A model generated the notes under the pieces. The model saw only the letters and a program-made list of their open reading frames with translations. It did no database searches and had not been told where the DNA came from. Made by a program: the position numbers and the translations under genes. A stretch of DNA of 64,000 bases from positions 85,126,001 through 85,190,000 of the forward strand of contig OZ024745.1 of the NCBI GenBank assembly GCA_964016885.1, in the 5' to 3' direction. Shown here piece after piece: positions 52,438 through 64,000 of the stretch. Origin of the DNA: Eledone cirrhosa. Taxonomy: Eukaryota. Within the stretch, counting starts at the first letter, position 1, and each line of letters opens with the position of its first letter.

Positions 52438-52468
<31 letters not shown>

Positions 52469-52489
52469 TTATATATATATATATGTATG

Positions 52490-52520
<31 letters not shown>

Positions 52521-52539
52521 GTATATATATATATGTATG

Positions 52540-52616
<77 letters not shown>

Positions 52617-52621
52617 GTATG

Positions 52622-52653
<32 letters not shown>

Positions 52654-52713
52654 TGTATATATATATATATACATATATATGTATGTATATATATATATTT
52701 ATGTATATATGTA

Positions 52714-52743
<30 letters not shown>

Positions 52744-52748
<5 letters not shown>

Positions 52749-52952
52749 CGAAGGAAATGTGGTAATGAACCATGTGGACCATAACGCACGAAAGTACTCA
52801 ATACTTAGGGTAGAAGAGTGGGTAATAGGAACGAGTAGAACCCCGACGGCTGAGCTCAGGCCGTTTCGACGACTAATTCTGGACTAAATACTGGACAGAA
52901 TTAGCCGTCGAAACGGCTTGAGCGCATCCGTCGGGGTCCTACTCGTTCCTAT
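52744..52952. repeat. Family D fragment ending in a ~128-bp imperfect palindrome
   Basis: ATAGGAACGAGTAG...CTAATTCTG / CAGAATTAG...CTACTCGTTCCTAT (52825-52952). Confidence 0.85.
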
Positions 52953-53021
52953 ATATATATATATATATATATGTATATGTATATATGTATTTATATGTAT
53001 ATATATATATATATATGTATG

Positions 53022-53055
<34 letters not shown>

Positions 53056-53149
53056 TGTATATGTATATATATACATATGTATATGTATATATATGTATAT
53101 GTATATATATATATGTATATATATATGTATATGTATATATATATATATG

Positions 53150-53181
<32 letters not shown>

Positions 53182-53225
53182 TATGTATGTACATATATAT
53201 ATGTATGTATATATATATATGTACA

Positions 53226-53259
<34 letters not shown>

Positions 53260-53299
53260 CATATATATATATGTATGTATATATATATATACGTACATA

Positions 53300-53332
<33 letters not shown>

Positions 53333-53427
53333 TTGTATGTATATATATATATATGTACATATATATATATATATTTATGTATATATATATATATAAATAT
53401 ATATATATATTTATGTATATATATATC

Positions 53428-53467
<40 letters not shown>

Positions 53468-53472
<5 letters not shown>

Positions 53473-54135
53473 CAACAGCAGCTACCAATGGTTGTGGGAC
53501 TTTGGCTAACTGTAAAGCCTTAATAATCCACCCATGAGGTACACTATCAAATGGTGTTTGATAGTCCAGCCACACCACAGTCATGTTTCTGCGATTCTTT
53601 CTTGTTTTTTCCTGAATCATTTTATTAGTTAGTAGGTGATCTATGCAACCCCACATCTCCCTCTTTGTACCAGCTTGCTCAGGTGTTATGATGTTTTTGG
53701 TAGCACAGTGATCCTGTAAGAACAGGTTAAGGCACCCAGTATATAATTTATACATGATGTTTTGGCAGGCTATTGGGCGGTAATTTTTAGCAAGGGTGGT
53801 TTGGCTATTTTGGGGAATGAGGAGAGTAGTGGCAGTTGATAACCATCTGGGCAGTTCTTGTGTGCCTTTAATGGTTTCTGTAAACAGCCGTCTGAGATCT
53901 TGCCGATAGAAGTGAAATTCTTCAACCAGTATCCTGTAATGATGTCTGGGCCTGGCGATTTCCTATTCGACATTTTCTGTAGAGCTGTTTCCAATATTGA
54001 CCCTTCTATGTCATATTGTTTTGTCTGGACATGTTGGCAGTAGTCCTGTTCCAGTTCTTTTAGCCAATTAGTTTGTTTGTTGAATCCGTCATCCGTTTCC
54101 CATACAGATCTCCAGTAGCTCTCAATCTGTTCATA
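53468..54135 (-). pseudogene. R2-group (Dong/R4-like) non-LTR RT fragment, copy 1
   Basis: KSPGPDIITGYWLK, NYRPIACQNIMYKLYT, EQAG, GCIDHLL, WLDYQTPFDSVPH. Confidence 0.82.
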
Positions 54136-54735
54136 GTATTTCGATGTCGATTCTCGCAACGTAACATCCTCCTGTATTGAGCCAAAGAACATCAGAATAC
54201 GATTCTCTAACTGGATTGTCAAACGCCCAATATCGAATCGTGTTGGATTATGTGAGGGGTATATAATCTGAAAAATACGCTCCCCAGACTATAAAAATGT
54301 CGCAGTGCATGAAATCCATATCATCGCTTCGCTGCGCATTTCCAATATTTTTAATGCTTACACTATTTTTAATACTTATATTATTTCTCCACACACAGAC
54401 TATAACAATCATATAAAGAATTCATCACCAGATCAACAACCTTAACACTCTCGATTACCTGCTTAAGTGCTTCTACTACACGTAACTCTCTGCCACACTA
54501 TATAAACAAGACGCACGCGCTTGCCACACATATAACCTTTGCACGATATAACCGCTTAATTTCATGTTGTATTTTAACCTGTATTTTTGATTGTATCTTT
54601 TAATATGAATGTAATCTCTAAGTGTGTACTGCTACTCTAAATGTTATAATGAATGTTGACCCACAATATTTGCATATGTATCTGTATATCTCTTGGGTGA
54701 AAATGAGGTCATATAAGTGTTCATTCAATAATAAA

Positions 54736-54784
54736 TTGCTCCGAAGAATCCAAACCTTGGTTTGGAGGAAACAGTTGTAAGCAT
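54736..54784 (+). ncRNA. Hammerhead ribozyme with variant CCGAAGA core (family C, diverged copy)
   Basis: TTGCT-CCGAAGA-ATCCAAACC TT GGTTTGGAG-GAAA-CAGTTG-TA-AGCA. Confidence 0.7.
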
Positions 54785-54820
54785 AAAAATGTTTTGAACA
54801 GTTCTTTGATTATTATAATT

Positions 54821-54855
<35 letters not shown>

Positions 54856-54889
54856 GTATATATATGCATATATGTATATATATATATGT

Positions 54890-54935
<46 letters not shown>

Positions 54936-55873
54936 GTATATGTATATATATATGTATATATATGTAAATGTATATATATATATATATATGTATATATATG
55001 TATATGTATATAAATATTAAGACAAGGGGGAAGAAAAAAATGGCTTCACTTGTGCTTTCAACAAATTTATTTTCTTCACAAAATCCAAAAATAATTTTTT
55101 TCCGGATTAGAAAAATTTTTTTTTAAAAATTTTTTATAAATTAAGTCGTTGGTTGTTGGTTAGGTCTTAGGAGTTCTTGGTTAACGTAGGAGGTATTGTT
55201 TCGTTTTTAGAAAGACCTTTCACGCTGAGGTGCGCTTGTCAAACTGATGTGTATGTGGTGTGTTGTTCTATATATAGGGATTTAACATGTTTGTGGTGTG
55301 GTGAGGTTTTTTTTCTCCCCCTTTAATAAGTGTAGGGGTGTAGGTGTGTTGAAAAAATGTTAATAGCAGTGATGAGTTGAGACAGTGAGTAGGGTTGGGT
55401 GGGGAGAAATGTAGCAAGCGCGGCCTGCCCCGGTCATTCTCGAAAAATTCCTTTATTCAGGGGAAAAAGCTTTTAGTATTCCTTTGTATCGAAAATGGTC
55501 ATAGGCAAAAGCTTGTAAACAATTATTTTTTTCTGAAGAATTTTTCTACGTCCATCCCAAAATTAGTCCTTTGTTAAACACACACATATGTGCATATATA
55601 CGTACATACACACACGGGCATATGTAGGAATATATAGGCACACACCATCAATCACACACCCATGTACATTTACATCCACATACATATAAAACATATAAAC
55701 ATAAAACATATAAATAAAACATATAAACATAAAAACATATAAAGACACATATAAAAACACATATACACATACGTACACACTCGAATATGTACTCATACTT
55801 CCACATGGGTATATATATATATATATACATACATATACATATATATACACACATAAAGATACATAACTAAATA

Positions 55874-55875
<2 letters not shown>

Positions 55876-55965
<90 letters not shown>
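55876..55965. repeat. (CA)n microsatellite
   Basis: Pure CA run. Confidence 0.97.
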
Positions 55966-55969
<4 letters not shown>

Positions 55970-56044
55970 TACACACACAAACACACACACACACACACAT
56001 ATACATATGTCCGTATATATACATCCGTTCACAGATACATGCAT

Positions 56045-56077
<33 letters not shown>

Positions 56078-56108
56078 GAGGCATACACACACACATACAT
56101 ATATATAT

Positions 56109-56163
56109 TCTCTTTTACCTGTTTCAGCCATCCGGCTGAGGCCATGCTGGGGCACCGCCCTTG

Positions 56164-56164
<1 letters not shown>
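56109..56164 (-). mobile_element. Extremely 5'-truncated copy of the CR1/L2 3' tail
   Basis: Reverse complement of ~19807-19862. Confidence 0.85.
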
Positions 56165-56195
<31 letters not shown>

Positions 56196-56252
56196 AACAC
56201 ATACAGACACATACACACATATACATATATACACGCATATATATATATTTAT

Positions 56253-56285
<33 letters not shown>

Positions 56286-56330
56286 CACATACAAACACAT
56301 ACATACACACATACATATATACACATACAT

Positions 56331-56380
<50 letters not shown>

Positions 56381-56447
56381 TATATACATATACACACATA
56401 CACATACATATATATATATATATATGTACACACAAACACATAAAGAC

Positions 56448-56478
<31 letters not shown>

Positions 56479-57002
56479 TCTACATACATACATACATATA
56501 CACATACAAAAACATATATATATACGTACACACATATATACATATATGCACATACATACACACACACACATATAGATACATACATATACATACACACACA
56601 TATAAACATATATCTATATATATATATATATATTTACATATATATCTATACAAATATACACATACATACATATACATATACATATATATACATACACACA
56701 TATATATATATATATATATAGTAGAATAATCGAGTATCGAAAAATCGGCGCACGAGTTCACGATAAACAAAATTCGAAATATATATATATATACACACAC
56801 ACATACATACATACACACATCCATACATATATATACACACACATACACACACCCACATACATATATACCCATACGTACATACATCCATACATACCTACAC
56901 ATATATATGTGTGTGTCTCACCGTTCACTCAGATATTCATGTGTACACATAAGGAGAGGGGGGGGGGGGTAGTGAAATGGAATTTTACCTCCTATTGTTA
57001 AT

Positions 57003-57872
57003 TCATTTTTTCGTGTTCAGTAGTGGTTTAAATTTTTCAATGAAGAATTCTTCTTTATATCTGCGGAAATGTTCGTTATCCGACCATATCTTGAAGAAAG
57101 GGAAGATTGTGAATTTTCCCTTCCCGCATGATGCAAAGTGTGCGCTACATGTGGTATTTCTGACTGTGGGGTCTTTAATCTGTTGTTTATGTACCCGGAC
57201 TCTATCATTTAATCCCGTTCCGGTTTCCCCAATGTAATACTCTTTACACTGTGGACATGTTGCGCAATATATTAGGTTTTTCGTTTTGCAGTTCATGTTA
57301 GCATTGACCTTGAAATTATCATGGTTTTTGAATGACAACTGTTTGCCCTCTTCGATGAGTTCACAGGTTCCACATCTAGGGTCCCCGCATTTCGTCACTT
57401 GCATTGATTCCATGTTGGTCGTAAATTTTGCCTTGGTAATTAGTCTTTTAAGGTTGGGTGCTTGGCGTCTGCTATAAATTATCTGTGTTTTTTTTAAGAG
57501 TGCATTCATTTTGGTAGATTGCTGTACAATCGGGAGATACTGCTTAGCAGTTTTCACAATGTTGACGTTCCCTGGGTTGTGAGTGATGACAAAAGAGATA
57601 GCAGGGTTTTCTTTTCTATGTTGTGGGTTTGGTTTTCTCAGTGTTGTTATTGGGATGTTCTTAGCCTTGGAGATGGCTGCGTTGATGAGTTTCATCGGGT
57701 ATTCTTGTTTTTTAAGGAATTCAGGTCACATAATCTTTTTTCTTGTAGTACGGGGTGTGTTGCTATAGTGCCGATCCGCCTTGCCATGTTGAAGGGAATG
57801 TTCCTTTTCGTATGTGAGGGGTGTGCTGACCGGAAATTTAAGTATTGGTGTGTGTCAGTGGGTTTACAAATT
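57003..57872 (-). pseudogene. Neptune-type PLE RT thumb + Zn-finger GIY-YIG fragment
   Basis: [69 protein letters not shown]. Confidence 0.9.
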
Positions 57873-57886
57873 ATATATATATATGT

Positions 57887-57920
<34 letters not shown>

Positions 57921-57923
57921 AAG

Positions 57924-57982
<59 letters not shown>

Positions 57983-57987
<5 letters not shown>

Positions 57988-60900
57988 GAAAGTTATATTT
58001 AAATTGTTGGGTTAACAACGAGTAAATATGTATAACTGATATAAAAGCACTCAACAAGTATTTGGAGTATATTTATGATATTAAATAAATGGAAACTATA
58101 TTTATAAAACCATATTTATTTCGTCATATATATTTCAGGGATATCATATTAACAATATGTTATGCCTTCTTCAGACAAAATACAATATAAACAGTCTTAT
58201 AAATAAATAGATACGACATACCTTTCAATCACCTTGCATTTGGGAGGTTGATTTGGCAGTAAAAAATATTGTGGACAGTTGTAAAAAGAAAGAGATAAAG
58301 AGAGAAAGAAAGAGAAACGAAGAAAAAGAAGAAATGGATGTGACTAAATAGAGAGATATAGAAAGATAGATAAAGAGAAGAACTTCATGTAAAGAAACAG
58401 AGAGAAATATATATAGAGAGAGGAAAGAAGAAAAAAGAAAGAGATAGATAGAGATAGATAGAGAAACTAGGAAGTTGAGTATCGGTTGATACATTTATTT
58501 ATTTATTTATTTATTTATTTAGCTCTAGTATTAATGTAAAGAGAGATGTATGTAGTTAAGAGAGAAAATAGCCGTTATATAGAGAGAAAAAAGAGAAAAT
58601 GAAAAAGAGAAAATGAAACATAACCAGACATAAACGATGCAGAATTTAAAACCGCTATGTTTTATCCCGTAGAAAATATTAGTTCGTATAAAACAGGCAT
58701 TATAATGTAAATACCAGTATTCATGAATGAGACATGTATCTATAATGTGTGAAAAGTAATGATCTTATGTCTAGTTTTTAAAAATTCATATGTTTATATC
58801 ATAATTATAAACAAACTCCCAATTCACACGAAAACATTCTCATTGTGCTATAAAAATTCAAGTATACATATATGTGTGTATATATACACATATATATAGA
58901 GTCTATATTAATTTTAACAATACTATTCTTGTCTTTATTCTACATGATTGTCGATCAAGCAGAAATAGAGAACAGATTTCAATATATTAATAAAAATAAA
59001 AATAAAAATATCAGAGACAAGAAAATAAATAAATAAACAGAAAACTAAAACATTTAATATTAAAATAAAAAATATTACAAAATATTAAAAAATATAAAAA
59101 AAAATACAAATAAAACACAGAGATCAGCCTTTCAAAGTTAATTGACAATATATTGCCAAGATCATCATAAGCATCAGAGTCGAAACAGATAAAACAAAAA
59201 TTGTTTACCAAATCCTGTCTAGCAGAAATCATTCCAAAAGTTTAGGATACCCATTTGGTCTACATATGTTCTTATATTTAATATAGAAGTTTATCTAGTT
59301 TAAAATTTAATTCGATATATTTGGAGCATCAGCTTTTAGGGTAGTTTAATTATTCATGAAGAATGTTTTAATAAAAAGAATGTTTTAATAAAAGGAAGAA
59401 ATCGAAAGATTTATCGGTTAGTTTCATAAATAATTACAAATCAAATCAAACATAACTACATTTTAAATTTAAATTTATATTTAAACGTTGAGTTCAATCT
59501 ATGTCTGCAGCAACTGAATAAATTTGTCCGTAGATTAAGGGAATTTTTAGATTTTAGTATAAAGAATATCTCCTCCGCACAGAGGTCACATGTCTCAGAG
59601 GATGAATTAAAAGGAATCCCCCTTGAAACTATATTCCAAGTCGTCGAATATCTAACGTTATCATGCCTAAGTTGCCAGAGTACGCCTGATAGTGCTGTTG
59701 AAGATTTGTTGGATGGATCTGTGAAAGAATTCTTGTGGTTGTTATAGCGAAGTTTAAATTCCGTCGATGTAGAACCAACGTAGTTAAAATAATTAACGTC
59801 CGTTTTAACATTACAGTTGTATATTATATTTTTAACTAAGCAGTTGTTATTTAACGGACATTTAGATCTATCTCTACAGTTACATTTGTTAACTTGGATA
59901 TTATTTATGCTATTATCGCTAGGTTTTAAGTTCCTGTTATTTATTCTATTAATATTTTGCGCTAAATTTTTGGTGGATGAGTAGGTTAGTTTTATAGTAT
60001 GTCTATTGAAAATTGAGTGATACCTATGTGTTCTAGGGAAGCGATTATCGAGAGCTTTAAAAAATAGTTTAGCAATGTGGGTTTTAATGTTTAGTGAGAA
60101 AGGGGGGCAAACCATATTATATTCCTAGTTCTATTTCTTTTATGGCTTTTGGAATTATTGTAATGCTTTCTATTATAGTTGTTAAGGTTGTGGCCATAAT
60201 TAAAATAGTTGTTATTTTGTTTAATTTGTTTATCATTATCTATGTACATAATATTATCACTATATCCTGCTCTAGCTAACGCTTCATTGTAATAATGGGC
60301 TTTTTCGTCGAAAATCTTTTTATTAGATGAGATTCTAGAGATACGTGATTGAACAGAGTTTACTATAGTATTTTTAACAGATTTGGGGTGGTTAGAGTTA
60401 AAGCTGACATAGTTTAAGTTTTCATTCAACTTGTGAAATGGATAGTGAAGAGATGTGTTGAGATTTAATGTTATATCTAGGAAGTTGACTATTCTATGGT
60501 TATTCTCAATTTCTATTTTTAGATTAAAGTGATTAAAAAATTGTGTAATTTGTTTTCTTTTTCTATTTAGTTCAGAGTTATTATTATCAATAAGTAAAAG
60601 CATGTCATCTCTATATAAACCTCCGGTAGTACCAGGTATTTTCCTATGCAGCGAATTAATTAAAAATAAGCCCACAAGGTCAGTTACCTGAGCTGAGTCG
60701 GATGATCCCATAGTAATGTGAAAATTGTTATCTCTATCTGCTCGGGTCCATTTCCTATTAAACATTTCATTTTCTCTTTTTCATTTTCTCTTTTTTCTCT
60801 CTATATAACGGCTATTTTCTCTGTTAACTACATACATCTCTCTTTACATTAATACTAGAGCTAAATAAATAAATAAATAAATAAATAAATGTATCAACCG

Positions 60901-61309
60901 ATACTCAACTTCCTAGTTTCTCTATCTATCTCTATCTATCTCTTTCTTTTTTCTTCTTTCCTCTCTCTATATATATTTCTCTCTGTTTCTTTACATGAAG
61001 TTCTTCTCTTTATCTATCTTTCTATATCTCTCTATTTAGTCACATCCATTTCTTCTTTTTCTTCGTTTCTCTTTCTTTCTCTCTTTATCTCTTTCTTTTT
61101 ACAACTGTCCACAATATTTTTTACTGCCAAATCAACCTCCCAAATGCAAGGTGATTGAAAGGTATGTCGTATCTATTTATTTATAAGACTGTTTATATTG
61201 TATTTTGTCTGAAGAAGGCATAACATATTGTTAATATGATATCCCTGAAATATATATAACGAAATAAATATGGTTTTATAAATATAGTTTCCATTTATTT
61301 AATATCATA
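57983..61309 (-). mobile_element. 5'-truncated Hydra-type PLE (family B) flanked by ~545-bp inverted pLTR copies
   Basis: ORFs 60091-60765 ([13 protein letters not shown]) and 59456-60115 (GIY-YIG); 58074-58618 is the reverse complement of 60765-61309. Confidence 0.92.
61201..61266 (+). ncRNA. Type I hammerhead ribozyme (family B); inverted twin at 58117-58182 (minus)
   Basis: TATTTTGT-CTGAAGA-AGG..CATATT GTT AATATG..CCT-GAAA-TATATA-TA-ACGAAATA. Confidence 0.82.
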
Positions 61310-61379
61310 TATATATATATGTATATATATATATACATATATATATATGTATATATATATATATGTATATATATATGTA

Positions 61380-61477
<98 letters not shown>

Positions 61478-61747
61478 CATATATATATATGTATATATAT
61501 ATATATGTATATATATATGTATATATATGTATATATATATGTATATATATGTATATATATATGTATATATATGCATATGTATATATATATATGTATGTAT
61601 ATATATATATATGTACACATATATATATGTATGTATATATATGTATATATATATATATAAATATGTATATATATATATATATAAATATCTATATATATAT
61701 ATATTTATGCATATATATATATATATTTATGTATATATATATATATA

Positions 61748-62545
61748 CATATCAACAGCAGCTACCAATGGTTGTGGGACTTTGGCTAACTGTAAAGCCT
61801 TAATAATCCACTTATGAGGTACACTATCAAATGATTTTTGATAGTCCAGCCACACCACAGTCATGTTTCTGCGATTCTTTGTTGTTTTTTCCTGAATCAT
61901 TTTATTAGTTAGTAGGTGATCTATGCAACCCCACACCTCCCTCTTTGCACCAGCTTGCTCAGGTGTTATGATGTTGTTGGTAGCACAGTGATCCTGTAAG
62001 AACAGGTTAAGGCACCCAGTATATAATGTATACATGATGTTTTGGCATGCTATTGGGCGGTAATTTTTAGCAAGGGTGGTTTTGCTATTTTGGGGAATGA
62101 GGACAGTAGTGGCAGTTGATAACCATCTGGGCAGTTCTTGTGTGCCTTTAATGGTTTCTGTAAACAGCCGTCTGATATCCTGCCGATAGAAAGTGAAATT
62201 CTTCAATCAGTATCCTGTAATGAGGTCTGGGCCTGGTGATTTCCTATTCAACATTTTCTGTAGAGCTGTTTCCAGCATTGACCCATCTATGTCATATTGT
62301 TTTGTCTAGACATGTTGGCAGTAGTCCTGTTCCAGTTCTTTTAGCCAATTAGCTTGTCTGTTGAATCCGTCATCCGTTTCTCATACAGATCTCCAGTAGC
62401 TATCGACCTGTTATTTTGAAGGGGTGTCATTAACTGGGATTGAACTTTTTCCACCGAAGCTGCGATAAACTGATTTAGGATATCTGGCAAACAATCTATT
62501 TACCACTTGTCGTTTATGTGCTGTCGACTTTTATTTTAGTCTGTA
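61748..62545 (-). pseudogene. R2-group (Dong/R4-like) non-LTR RT fragment, copy 2
   Basis: [35 protein letters not shown]. Confidence 0.82.
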
Positions 62546-62549
62546 TGTA

Positions 62550-62760
<211 letters not shown>

Positions 62761-62859
62761 ATATATATATATATATATGTATGTATATATATAGATATAT
62801 GTATGTATATATATAGATATATGTACGTGTATATATATATATCTATGTATATATATATC

Positions 62860-62943
<84 letters not shown>

Positions 62944-62960
62944 TGTATATGTATATATAT

Positions 62961-63047
<87 letters not shown>

Positions 63048-63159
63048 TGTATGTATATATATAGATATATGTATGTATATATATATATATATGTATGTAT
63101 ATATATAGATATATGTATGTATATATATATATATATGTATGTACATATATAGATATATG

Positions 63160-63226
<67 letters not shown>

Positions 63227-63249
63227 GTATATATAGAGATATATGAATG

Positions 63250-63287
<38 letters not shown>

Positions 63288-63360
63288 TAGATATATATAT
63301 ATATATATGTATGTATATATAGAGATATATGTATGTATATATATATATATATATATGTAT

Positions 63361-63978
63361 GTCAGGTCACCAGTTGGTGCTACTGGTAACATGTATCCCA
63401 GTACAACCTGACTCATGGTCGAGTCGTTGGCGACTAAACTGGCAACCCCACCAAGGTTTCTTGGTGAGGAGGGTGACTTTGGACATCCTGCAGGACTAAA
63501 AACAAACCTGTCAAAGGGCAAAGGACCTCTTAAGAGTCAATGGCCATCCAAAATCACCGGGAGAGATGACCCCTTAGCCTTTGTCAAGGCAGAATTCTAG
63601 GAGAAGGAAAACTCTGATATAACACCTGCAACTCTGATGGTATCCAATGATGTTGACTTTTTCTTCTTTTTGGTAAATATCATCTTGCTTAAGAGAGTGG
63701 GACTGGCTTTGTGCAGTGCCTTTGCTCACTATAAAAGCTTCATGGCACAGGCATTGCTTTATATCTGGAGATCTCTCTGCCCTTGTCATCACATGGTACC
63801 ATGGGCCCAGCACTATGTGTCAATACTTGTCACAAGTGTAGTGTTTGTACCAGAGTTTTCAAGTCGCAGGCTGGACTAATAAGTGACACTCGTTCAGCGC
63901 TTCGGTAGGGGTTCTCCTACATGGATATAAAGTAGTGGCCGTACTCGAAAACGAGTTGGCAGCCACCATATAGGTTTG
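63361..63978 (+). mobile_element. Short (~615-bp) non-autonomous RTE-like element with a structured 5' end
   Basis: Bounded by TA arrays; 3' half shared with 30719-31064; no RT ORF; pseudoknotted 5' ~90 nt. Confidence 0.6.
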
Positions 63979-64000
63979 TATATATATATATATATATATA

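Overview
Animal (eukaryotic) repeat-dense genomic DNA with no host gene I can support. The SINE and LINE-tail sequences resemble octopus/coleoid repeats (my recognition, not a search result). Roughly half the window is degenerate (TA)n microsatellite, which explains nearly all the YIYI-type ORFs as artefacts. Embedded in these arrays are many retroelements: about eight copies or fragments of Hydra-type Penelope-like elements (PLEs; RT with DKT/KDH/YRDD motifs plus C-terminal GIY-YIG), two Neptune-type GIY-YIG fragments, one large PLE with an Asn-rich repeat, CR1/L2-, RTE- and Dong/R4-like LINE fragments, a tRNA-derived SINE and a non-coding LTR element. The main hidden signal is RNA structure. 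About 14 type I hammerhead ribozyme folds (plus degenerate ones) in several families can be read by eye. They include a ~500-nt non-coding retrozyme-like element with covarying stems and a conserved CCGAAGA core variant. There is also a candidate HDV-like double pseudoknot at the 5' end of a short RTE-like element, and recurrent fold-back inversions at element ends. All structures were folded by hand; activity is untested.
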